DNA of 24,000 bases, from contig NZ_JAODBT010000001.1 in assembly GCF_027497995.1 (NCBI RefSeq), positions 1,428,488 to 1,452,487 on the forward strand, given 5' to 3'. A program made the position numbers and the translations under genes. Below, piece after piece: positions 1-7,878 of the stretch (the first letter of the stretch is position 1; every line of letters starts with the position of its first letter). The DNA comes from Stenotrophomonas sp. Iso1 (GTDB lineage Bacteria; Pseudomonadota; Gammaproteobacteria; Xanthomonadales; Xanthomonadaceae). Under the pieces are notes generated by a model. It was not told the DNA's origin. It ran no database searches and worked only from the letters and a program-made list of their open reading frames with translations.

Positions 1-118
1 CATTCGTCACCGAGAGTAGGAAGATGCCTCTCCAGTTGAGTCCTATAAACGCCAGTAGCGCGTAGCCAAAGTATGGCGCCTTGATACGGGCACTGATCGC
101 GTCAAGTACGTCTTGCAT
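1..118 (-). CDS. hypothetical protein, N-terminal fragment (gene continues beyond the left edge)
   Basis: ATG at 118..116 lies directly downstream of GGGGGAAGACA (minus strand, 119..129), a Shine-Dalgarno-like purine run. The frame stays open for 39 codons to the window edge (MQDVLDAISARIKAPYFGYALLAFIGLNWRGIFLLSVTN...). The hydrophobic stretch looks like a TM helix. Many A/T-ending codons (CAA, GTA, CTT, AGT, TTT, CTA, ATA, GGA, AGA, AAT), unlike the rest of the window. No family recognised. Confidence 0.35.
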   Translation of the reverse strand, partial: MQDVLDAISARIKAPYFGYALLAFIGLNWRGIFLLSVTN

Positions 119-363
119 TGTCTTCCCCCATATATCGAATACGCGCTAAATATTATTGGACCGCCCAATTGCGGCATGGCGCCGATCATGGCCGACTTTC
201 ATGGTGCTGGCAATGCAAGGGGTTTTTGTTGCTTTTCAGCTATTTGATGGGCTGCCCGGGTGTTATGCCGCAAAAGTAGGAGATAACGGTTGTGCTGCCG
301 CTCGCTGATGCAATGAGGGTGCCACGTATATAACGCATTTGAAAAATTCAGATGAAATCACCA

Positions 364-394
364 GAAAAAAGAAGGGCGCCATAAAGGCGCCCTT
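364..394 (-). terminator. Rho-independent terminator of the M2 peptidase gene
   Basis: Read on the minus strand: AAGGGCGCC-TTTAT-GGCGCCCTT (9-bp GC-rich stem) followed by CTTTTTTCT. It starts about 24 nt after the stop codon at 418..420. Confidence 0.7.
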
Positions 395-417
395 TGTCTT
401 CAATTCACACGCAAGGT

Positions 418-2433
418 TTATTTCGCAGCGGTGGCCGGGGTTGCCGGTGCATTGGCCGCCGGCGCCTGCGCCGTCCACCCACACATCTGCCCTTCGTTTT
501 GCTGCTTCAGCCATTCCTGCAGTGGGGCGAAGTATTCCAGCATCGGGCCGGCGTCGAGTTTCTCTTCGCCGGTCAGTTCTTTCAGCGTGGCCTGCCATGG
601 CTGGCTGGCGCCCTTGCTCAGCATTGCCCAGAACTTCTGGCCGGCTTCCTTGTTGCCGTAGAAGCTGCACTCGTTGAGCGGGCCGGTGTAACCGGACGCG
701 TCGCACAGGCCCTTGTAGAACTGGTACTGCAGGATGCGCGCCAGGAAGTAACGCAGGTACGGGGTGTTGCCTGGCACGTGGTACTTGGCACCAGCGTCGA
801 AGAACTCTTCACCGCGTGCGCCGGCCGGGGCCACGCCCTGGTACTGCGCCTTCAGTTCCCACCACTTCTGGTTGTACTGGTCCGGCTTGATCGAGCCGTC
901 GAACACGCCCCAGCGCCAGCGGTCGATCATCAGACCGAACGGCAGGAACGACACGCCCGACATCGCCATGCGCATCTGCGCGTTGATGGTGGCTTCGCGG
1001 CTTTCCTGCTGTGCGTCGACCAGGCCGATCGAGTTGAGGTACTTCGGTGTCATCGCCAGCACGATGGTGTCGCCGATGGCTTCGTGGAAGCCGTCGTTGG
1101 CACCGCCCTGGAACAACGGCGGCAGCGGGTTGTAGGCCAGGTCGTAATAGATGTGGCCCAGCTCGTGGTAGATGGTGGTGAAGTTTTCTTCGTTCGGGGT
1201 GATGCACATCTTGGTGCGCACGTCGGCGCCGATGTCCTTGCCGTCGCCGCCCATGTTCATGTCCCAGGCGCTGGCGTGGCAGACCACGTTGCGGTCCAGC
1301 GGCTTGATGAACTGGGTGTTCTGCCAGTAGCTCTCCGGCAGCTTGGGCATGCCCAGTGACACGTAGAAATCCTGCGCGCGTTCGGTCATCTGCTTGGCGG
1401 TGGCCAGTTCGGCGTCACGCTGCGCCTTGAAGCGGGCAGACACGTCGGCATTGCCGTCGATCTTGCGCAGCGAGGCGCTGAGGTTGGTCTGGTACTGCTT
1501 TTCCAGCGCGGCGGTGATGTCCAGGCTGCCTGCGTTCGGGTACGGCGCGGTCATGTCCCACAGGTTGCTCCAGTCCTGCTGCCACATGTTGCCGGTGAGA
1601 TGGGCGGCGATCATGCCACCAGCCACTTCGGCCTTGTCCTTGCCGTATTCCTTGTCGAGTTTGGCGCGGGTGTAGCAATGCAGCTGTTCGTACAACGGCT
1701 TGACCTGGTCCCACAGACGATCGGTTTCCGGGCCAACCTGCTCGGCCGGCATGTCGTAGCCGCTGCGCCACATCTGGCCGGCGTCGCTGTAGCCCAGCTC
1801 GCGGGCGCCTTCGTTCACCAGCTCGACAAAGCGCTGGTAGTTGGCGCGCGATGGCACGGCGGTGGAATGCCAACCCTGCCAGGCGTCGAGCTGCTTGTTG
1901 TAGTCGCGCGAGCTGGCCAGCACGCTTTCGAGGTCGCCGAGCTGGCGGCAGTTCTGCTTGTCGCCTTCGCCCACGCAGTAGGTGCCGGCGCCGTAGTCGC
2001 CTTCCATCTTGGTGGCGATGCCGGCCAGTTCAGCCAGCTTCTGCGGGTCGCGCGGGGCGGGCATGGAGGTCATCAGTTTGAGCAGGCTGATGGCGCGCGT
2101 GGTGTCGGCGCTCATCGGCTGGCCGTCGTACTTGTTGGCCTGCTCGATCCAGCCATTGAGAACGGTCAGCCAGCGCTCGTTGGCCTTGGCGGCCACGCGT
2201 GCGGAATCGTCATTGATGTAGGTGGACGACAGCCACTGCGCCGAGGTCATTTCCGGGTACATGGCCTTGTATTCGGCATTGACGCGGGCAATGAACTGGT
2301 CGGCGCTTTCCGCCGGTGTGGCAGCGGTGGTGGCCGGCGTGCCGGCGTCCGGTGTGGCGTCCTTTTTACAGGCAGCCAGCGAAAGTACGGCCACGCCTAT
2401 GGCGGCGGCCAGCAACAGATGACGATTCTTCAC
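418..2433 (-). CDS. peptidyl-dipeptidase A, M2 family (angiotensin-converting-enzyme-like) zinc metallopeptidase, lipoprotein
   Basis: 671-aa ORF. Zinc site HELGH (TIYHELGHIYY) with a downstream GFHEAIGD third-ligand motif, arranged as in ACE. N-terminal signal peptide with lipobox LSLAAC. High GC3 throughout. Confidence 0.93.
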   Translation of the reverse strand: MKNRHLLLAAAIGVAVLSLAACKKDATPDAGTPATTAATPAESADQFIARVNAEYKAMYPEMTSAQWLSSTYINDDSARVAAKANERWLTVLNGWIEQANKYDGQPMSADTTRAISLLKLMTSMPAPRDPQKLAELAGIATKMEGDYGAGTYCVGEGDKQNCRQLGDLESVLASSRDYNKQLDAWQGWHSTAVPSRANYQRFVELVNEGARELGYSDAGQMWRSGYDMPAEQVGPETDRLWDQVKPLYEQLHCYTRAKLDKEYGKDKAEVAGGMIAAHLTGNMWQQDWSNLWDMTAPYPNAGSLDITAALEKQYQTNLSASLRKIDGNADVSARFKAQRDAELATAKQMTERAQDFYVSLGMPKLPESYWQNTQFIKPLDRNVVCHASAWDMNMGGDGKDIGADVRTKMCITPNEENFTTIYHELGHIYYDLAYNPLPPLFQGGANDGFHEAIGDTIVLAMTPKYLNSIGLVDAQQESREATINAQMRMAMSGVSFLPFGLMIDRWRWGVFDGSIKPDQYNQKWWELKAQYQGVAPAGARGEEFFDAGAKYHVPGNTPYLRYFLARILQYQFYKGLCDASGYTGPLNECSFYGNKEAGQKFWAMLSKGASQPWQATLKELTGEEKLDAGPMLEYFAPLQEWLKQQNEGQMCGWTAQAPAANAPATPATAAK

Positions 2434-2685
2434 GTAAATCCCCGGTAATGGTTACAAGTACCGGCGAAGGCTAGAGGGGCGGCGCGGGGGCCGCAAGTGG
2501 ACCAAGGCAGGGCAAGTGGCTGCAGGCCCGGAATTGAGATGATTCCGAGGCTTGGCCTACCCGCAGGAGCGGTGTGCACTGCAAAGCAGTGATGCGTTGC
2601 CGCAACCGCGCATCCCGGATGCGCGCGGCGCACCCGGGTTTACTTGCGCAGGGTGATATCGGCTGTGCGGCTGATCCTGCTCTGC

Positions 2686-4353
2686 CTACGTCTTGCTTCC
2701 GGGTTCACAGCCGGCGAACACATCGCGGCTGCGGTCGTAGACCGAGGTGCTTACCTGCATCAGGCCGAGTACCGACGGGAACAGGTTGTCATGGTCGGCG
2801 CGCTGCCCGGCGCGTTGACGCAGGCACTGCAGGTTCAAACCGCGGTCGCTGGCGAAGCCCGGCGAAAACCACATCACCATCGGTACGCGGGTCTGTTCTT
2901 CCGGCGCGATGGCATAGGGCATGCCGTGCAGATACAGGCCCTTTTCGCCGAGTGACTCGCCGTGGTCGGAGAGGTAGATCATTGCCGTGTCGTAATCGTC
3001 CATGCCGCGCAATGCAGCGATGGTGCGGCTGAGGAAATGGTCGGTATAGCGAATGGCGTTGTCGTAGCTGTTGACGATGTCATCGCGGCTGCATTTGCCC
3101 AGGTCCGCTGTTTCACAGGTGGGGGTGAACTGGCGGAACTGCGCCGGGTAACGCTGGAAGTAGCTGGGGCCGTGGTTGCCCAGCTGATGCAGTACCACTA
3201 CGCGGTCACCGGGCTTGGCACGCACTTGTGTGGCCAGGTCGTTGAGCAGGATCTCGTCCATGCAGCGACCGTCGGCGCAGAGGCCGGGCAGCGTGGCATC
3301 GTCCAGGCGTTCGATCTGCAGGTCATCGCACACGCCCTTGCAGCCGGACTGGTTGTCGCGCCACAACGTGCTGATGCCGGCGCGTTCCAGAACGTGCAGC
3401 AGCGATTGATGGCCGCGGATTTTCTTTTCGTCATAGTCGTGGCGACCGAACGGCGAGAACATGCAGGGCAGCGAGACTTCAGTGCTGGTGCCGCACGAAT
3501 GCATATCGGGGAAATTGACCGCACCGGTCTGCGACAGTTCTGGTGTGGTCTGGCGTGCATAGCCATTCAACCCCCAGTTCTGCGCGCGCACGGTTTCACC
3601 CACCACCAGTACCAACAGGCGCGGCTTGCTGTTGGCGGCGCGCGGCATTGCTTTGGCATCGGTGCCGATGGCCTGTTTGGGCTGCTTGCGAATGGGGCTG
3701 GCGCTGCTCATGTTCTGCCGCAACGCGATGAGGTAGTTGACCGGCGTTGCCAGGTAGCGCACTTCGCGGTGATTGCGCATCAATGCGGAGATGTCCTGGA
3801 ACGACGCCATCGCACCCGCGCCACCCACGATCACCACGCCCAGCAGGAAGGCAATACGCCATAGCAGCGTGCGCCCTACGCTGCGCTTGCGGATGCGCAC
3901 GCGCCACAGCAACAGCGTGGGCAGCACGGCGTAGCCGAACAGCGGCAAGAGCAGGGCAGGTGTCATCAACTCGCTGGATTCCTTGCGGTCGGTGGCCAGC
4001 ACGTTGCGCAGCATGTCTGCATCCAGGTAGACGTTGTAGCTGTTCATGTAATGCACGGCAAAGGCCGTGGTGATGAACAACACGGTCAGCAGCACCTTGG
4101 CATTCCAGCGCCACAGCAGCAGGCCGAACAGCAGTGCGTGCACGCTCAACAGCAGGGCGAACAACGAGGTGGCAAACAGTACGCTGCCCGGATGCGTGGC
4201 CATCGCGCTGCGCCAGAACAGCGCGTTGCACGCCAAAGCAAAAAATGTACTGGCCAGCAGGATCAGCGTCTCGCTGCTGATCTCCGGACGCCAATCGCGC
4301 AGCTTGCTCCACGACATTTCCTGCAGACGAAAGCGGGGGGCGACGACGCTCAT
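2686..4353 (-). CDS. eptA: lipid A phosphoethanolamine transferase (EptA/MCR family)
   Basis: Track ORF 2686..4470 trimmed to the ATG at 4353, which forms an ATGA overlap with the upstream PAP2 stop. N-terminal multi-TM domain followed by a sulfatase-fold domain. Family hallmarks are present: VVGETVRAQNW (catalytic Thr), NHGPSYFQRYP, YDNAIRYTDHF, LSDHGESLGE. Confidence 0.92.
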   Translation of the reverse strand: MSVVAPRFRLQEMSWSKLRDWRPEISSETLILLASTFFALACNALFWRSAMATHPGSVLFATSLFALLLSVHALLFGLLLWRWNAKVLLTVLFITTAFAVHYMNSYNVYLDADMLRNVLATDRKESSELMTPALLLPLFGYAVLPTLLLWRVRIRKRSVGRTLLWRIAFLLGVVIVGGAGAMASFQDISALMRNHREVRYLATPVNYLIALRQNMSSASPIRKQPKQAIGTDAKAMPRAANSKPRLLVLVVGETVRAQNWGLNGYARQTTPELSQTGAVNFPDMHSCGTSTEVSLPCMFSPFGRHDYDEKKIRGHQSLLHVLERAGISTLWRDNQSGCKGVCDDLQIERLDDATLPGLCADGRCMDEILLNDLATQVRAKPGDRVVVLHQLGNHGPSYFQRYPAQFRQFTPTCETADLGKCSRDDIVNSYDNAIRYTDHFLSRTIAALRGMDDYDTAMIYLSDHGESLGEKGLYLHGMPYAIAPEEQTRVPMVMWFSPGFASDRGLNLQCLRQRAGQRADHDNLFPSVLGLMQVSTSVYDRSRDVFAGCEPGSKT

Positions 4354-5126
4354 GCGGCTTCTCCCTTGTTGAGCAGGCGGGTGTATGCCTGCGGCGCCGG
4401 AGCGGTGACCGGGCCGAACATCCAGAGGGACAGCAGCGCGGCAACCGCCCAGCTGATTGCCAGCGACCACAGGTCATGCGAAAGGAAATGCGCGCCGCGC
4501 AATTGCTGCGCGATACCGAAGGCAGCGCCGACTGCCAGGGCGGCGGCCAACGCCGGCCAACGCCACTGCGGGCGTATCTGCAGCATGAAGAAGTACAGCG
4601 CCACCCAGGCATAACCGGCGCTGGCGTGGCCGGCCGGGAAGCAGGCCGCGTGGCCCAGTGATATCGGGCGCGCCTGCAACAAACCGATGAACGGACGCAG
4701 GCCGCCGTAGCGTTCCAGGTCCCACGGGCAATCCATTTGGGTCCAGCTTTTCAGCAGCGATACCACGCCGGTGGAAAGCGCCACAGCCAGCAATAAGTAG
4801 AGCAATGGTTTGCGCAGCGGGCGCCAGCGGGCATCGAAACGGGTGCGGACCAACCCCAGAATCACCAGCAATGCGGCGAAGGTACTGAGGTTCCTGCCGC
4901 CCTTGTGCAGCAGATGGCTGGTCCACCAGGCATCGCGCAGTACCCATTGGTTGCCCTGCCAACGATAGAGCTGGTCAGCAAGCCACTGGTCGCCACCACC
5001 GGCCATCAACAGCAGGCTGGCAACGCCAAGGATGGCGGCGGGGATCAGCAGCGTCCGGCTGATGAACTCCAAACGCGTGCTTGGCAAGGATGCGACGAAG
5101 AGGCGAACGGGCGTGGACTGGGGCAT
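4350..5126 (-). CDS. PAP2-family membrane phosphatase
   Basis: 258-aa polytopic membrane protein with PAP2-type motifs KSWTQMDCP (variant of KX6RP), FPAGHAS (PSGH-like) and RGAHFLSHD. Its stop TGA (4352..4350) overlaps the eptA ATG (4353..4351). Confidence 0.8.
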   Translation of the reverse strand: MPQSTPVRLFVASLPSTRLEFISRTLLIPAAILGVASLLLMAGGGDQWLADQLYRWQGNQWVLRDAWWTSHLLHKGGRNLSTFAALLVILGLVRTRFDARWRPLRKPLLYLLLAVALSTGVVSLLKSWTQMDCPWDLERYGGLRPFIGLLQARPISLGHAACFPAGHASAGYAWVALYFFMLQIRPQWRWPALAAALAVGAAFGIAQQLRGAHFLSHDLWSLAISWAVAALLSLWMFGPVTAPAPQAYTRLLNKGEAA

Positions 5127-5174
5127 GGAACAGGCGTGCCATCAAGGTTGATGGCGGAATGCTGTTCCCGCATC

Positions 5175-5207
5175 TGTCGGAGTGCGGTCGGAGTTGTGTC
5201 GGATTTA
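5175..5207 (-). promoter_or_regulatory. three 11-bp-phased direct repeats (core TCCGAC on the minus strand), candidate response-regulator box upstream of pap2-eptA
   Basis: The plus strand reads tGTCGGAGtgc gGTCGGAGttg tGTCGGATtta, with units starting at 5175, 5186 and 5197. The repeats lie 49-81 nt upstream of the PAP2 ATG. The same core recurs at 7103-7119 in front of the RR gene. Confidence 0.4.
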
Positions 5208-5295
5208 TGTTGGAGCGGGTGCTGCGGTTCAAGTCAGTGCGCGTGATGTCGATTGCCCCTCCGTTGCCTGCCGGGCAATCGACGTCCAGCGCGGC

Positions 5296-7095
5296 TTAGT
5301 CGTTGTTGTCCTCAACAGCGGCATTGCCACTAGGAACCACGCCGTGGGTGCGTGCGATGCAGGCCGCATCCAATGCAGTGCCCGGTAGGAGCTGCCAGTT
5401 GTTGCGGTTGGCACTGCCGATGTCGATAACCTGTGCTTTATCGACACAGGGCGACATTGCCGCGTCCAGTACGAACAACCAGCGTCGCGTCGGCGCCTGG
5501 GTAACCCAGCGGGCGGCGTCCTCCCATTGCTCACCCACCGGCCGTTTGAAGCCGAAATCCGTGGCTTGGGGATCGGTTTGCAGCAGGTTCTGTTCGCGCC
5601 AGGCCACCATGCCCAACTCCGCATCCGGACCAATGCGCGCGCGCACCTTGTCCATCACCAGCGAGGCTGAGCTGTAGGGGTCCAGCGCCGGCATGGCACC
5701 CAGCCCATACATCGACCACAGCAGCACCGTGGTCAGCACCACGGCCAAACCGACACGACGCAGCCGCAGCACGATAGCCAGTACCAGCGTTGCCGCACCA
5801 AAGCCGAGCAGCCACCAGCCCACGCGCGGCAGTACCCACAGGTCGATGGCCCGTTTGACCGCATTGCGTTGCGCCCAGCCGTCGCCGTGCACTGCGCCAT
5901 AGCCGACCACCAGCGTCGCTATCGCCAGCACCAGTACGTACAGCAGCAGCACCCAGCGCACGCCGGTGCGCCGCAGCAGGCCCGGCAGCAACGGTGCAGC
6001 GGCAATGGCCAACGCGGGCAGCATCGGCAGGATGTAGACCTCGCGTTTGCCGGGGCTGGCGCTGAAGAACAGCAGCACCAGCAGCGCCCAGCCCAGCAAC
6101 AGGAGGTAACGCGGGTCGGCACGGCGGCAGCGGCGCCACCACGCCGGCAGCAGCCAGGGCAGCAGCAGGCTGCCCGGCAGCCACAGGGTGACCATCACCT
6201 GCAGGTAGTACCAGGCGGGCTGCGTGTGATGCCAGGCGTTGGCGTAGCGGGTGCCGGTCTGCTTGAATAGCAGCTCATGCGCATAGGCCTGCAGCCCGGG
6301 GTCCGGATTCTTCAGCAGGGCGATGGCCAGTGGCCCCAGCCACACCGCCGTGCCGGCAATGAAGGCAGGCAAGAGTAGCCACCACGCCCAGCTGCGGCCT
6401 GGGCCCGGCGCCCGAGGATGACGCCAGCGCCAGGCAAGCCAAGGCAGCAGGATCAGCAGCGGCAGGAAGCCTACGCCCTTGGTCACGGTGCCCACGCCGG
6501 CAGCGAACGCTGCCAGTGCCAACGCGCCCCAATTTGGACCTAGCAGCAGATGGCGCAGCAAGCCCCATAGGGCCAGCGTGGTCATGCCCATCAGCACCAT
6601 GTCGATCTGCGCCCGCTTGGCCATCAGCCCGAACTGGATACAGACAAACAGCCCCAGGACCGCGTAGCGCGCCACCTGCCGGTTCCACAGGCGGCGTGAC
6701 ATATCCCAGGTCAGCCATAGCGTCAGCAGTGCCGCCAGCAATGACGGCACCAGGAAAGATAGGTTCCAGCTGCCCAGCAGCTTGTAGGTGCCGGCTTGTA
6801 TCCACATGAAGGTCGGCGGCTTTTCGGCATACAGCTCGCTGCCGCGGTGGGGCAGCAGCCATTGCCCGGTTTCGACCATGTGCCGGGCGGCCAGCACGAA
6901 GCGGGGTTCATCCGGCGGCTGCGGTGAGCGCATGCCGAGCCCAGCCAGCAGGCTGGCGATGACCAGCGCGATGACGATGGCAAACCACAGGGAGGTCGAA
7001 TGGGGGCGGGGATTGGACGGGCGCACTGGGGGCTCGTTGGGTTGGACGGCGGGATGATGACGCGTCAGGCGTTGGAAGCGCGTCAGAATCGCCAT
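5296..7095 (-). CDS. ArnT/PMT-like GT-C glycosyltransferase (GT39/GT83 type), polytopic membrane protein
   Basis: The first periplasmic loop DEPRFVLAARHMVETGQWLLPHRGSELYAEKPPTFMW matches the ArnT-type DExRYA...GdW..P....YfEKPP signature. It is followed by at least 10 hydrophobic helices and a soluble C-terminal domain. The start is ambiguous (ATG 7113, ATG 7095 or GTG 7026, all upstream of TM1). The first 241 codons of track ORF 5296..7818 are antisense to the RR gene and are discarded. Confidence 0.85.
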   Translation of the reverse strand: MAILTRFQRLTRHHPAVQPNEPPVRPSNPRPHSTSLWFAIVIALVIASLLAGLGMRSPQPPDEPRFVLAARHMVETGQWLLPHRGSELYAEKPPTFMWIQAGTYKLLGSWNLSFLVPSLLAALLTLWLTWDMSRRLWNRQVARYAVLGLFVCIQFGLMAKRAQIDMVLMGMTTLALWGLLRHLLLGPNWGALALAAFAAGVGTVTKGVGFLPLLILLPWLAWRWRHPRAPGPGRSWAWWLLLPAFIAGTAVWLGPLAIALLKNPDPGLQAYAHELLFKQTGTRYANAWHHTQPAWYYLQVMVTLWLPGSLLLPWLLPAWWRRCRRADPRYLLLLGWALLVLLFFSASPGKREVYILPMLPALAIAAAPLLPGLLRRTGVRWVLLLYVLVLAIATLVVGYGAVHGDGWAQRNAVKRAIDLWVLPRVGWWLLGFGAATLVLAIVLRLRRVGLAVVLTTVLLWSMYGLGAMPALDPYSSASLVMDKVRARIGPDAELGMVAWREQNLLQTDPQATDFGFKRPVGEQWEDAARWVTQAPTRRWLFVLDAAMSPCVDKAQVIDIGSANRNNWQLLPGTALDAACIARTHGVVPSGNAAVEDNND

Positions 7096-7101
7096 CCGCC
7101 G

Positions 7102-7123
7102 TTTCGACGGCATTCCGACGACC
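7102..7123 (+). promoter_or_regulatory. two 11-bp-phased repeats (TTTCGACGGCA / TTCCGACGACC) at -35 position of a TAGGAT -10 box; candidate autoregulatory RR box
   Basis: Cores TTCGAC (7103-7108) and TCCGAC (7114-7119) are spaced 11 bp apart. The second core ends 11 nt before TAGGAT (7131-7136), and the RR start codon is at 7183. This is pho-box-like geometry. Confidence 0.3.
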
Positions 7124-7182
7124 CCGGCGCTAGGATGTGCAGGTTCGCCCCCAAAGTGCGGGGCTTTGAAGGTTCTGCCTGC

Positions 7183-7878
7183 ATGCGGCTGCTGGTCATT
7201 GAAGACAATCGCAATCTGATTGCCAACCTGTTCGACTACTTCGAAGCGCGCGGTCATGTGCTCGACGTGGCCCCGGATGGTGTCACCGGCCTGCATCTGG
7301 CCGGCACTCAGAGTTACGACGCGATCCTGCTCGACTGGATGCTGCCGCGCATGGAAGGCCCGGAAGTCCTGCGCCTTCTGCGTGAAGAGCACCGTTCCGA
7401 GGTGCCCGTCATCATGCTGACCGCTCGTGATGAGTTGCCGGACAAGATCACTGGCTTTCGCGCCGGTGCCGACGACTACCTGACCAAGCCGTTCGACCTG
7501 CCCGAGCTGGAAGTCCGCCTTGAGGCAGTCATGGCCCGCATCAAGGGCCGCAATCCGCGCAAGGTGCTGGAAGTGCACGACCTCACCCTGGACATGGGCA
7601 CGCTGGAAGCGCAGCGCGCTGGCCAGGTACTGCATCTTTATCCAGCCTGCCGCAAGCTGCTGGAGTTGTTGATGCGTGCCAGCCCGGCTGCAGTTACCCG
7701 CGACCAGCTCGAATTCGCGCTTTGGGGCGACGAGCCACCGGACGGCGACATGCTTCGCTCGCATATCTATGAGTTGCGCCGCGCCGTTGATGGCCCGTTC
7801 GAGCAGAAGTTGCTGCATACGTTGCCGCGTGTGGGTTACCGGTTGTCGGTACCAAGCGGGACGGACAAGGCGCCATGA
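7183..7878 (+). CDS. OmpR/PhoB-family response regulator
   Basis: Track ORF trimmed to MRLLVIEDN... The receiver domain has the phospho-acceptor context ILLDWMLP and KPF. The C-terminal winged helix ends in LPRVGYRL. Its TGA overlaps the kinase ATG (ATGA at 7875-7878). Confidence 0.93.
   Translation: MRLLVIEDNRNLIANLFDYFEARGHVLDVAPDGVTGLHLAGTQSYDAILLDWMLPRMEGPEVLRLLREEHRSEVPVIMLTARDELPDKITGFRAGADDYLTKPFDLPELEVRLEAVMARIKGRNPRKVLEVHDLTLDMGTLEAQRAGQVLHLYPACRKLLELLMRASPAAVTRDQLEFALWGDEPPDGDMLRSHIYELRRAVDGPFEQKLLHTLPRVGYRLSVPSGTDKAP

Noticed and set aside
2493-2519. Direct repeat GCAAGTGG x2 (2493-2500 and 2512-2519) upstream of the M2 peptidase gene
   Set aside because: Only 8 bp long. The 19-bp spacing is not helical-phase, and there is no third copy or partner regulator. 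This is compatible with chance.
7096-7818. The 5' 241 codons of the 840-aa track ORF 5296..7818 (-)
   Set aside because: This part is exactly antisense to the well-supported response-regulator gene (7183..7878). It has no membrane or GT features. The glycosyltransferase homology, including TM1 and the ArnT-type loop, begins only after the ATGs at 7113 and 7095. It is a high-GC shadow extension.
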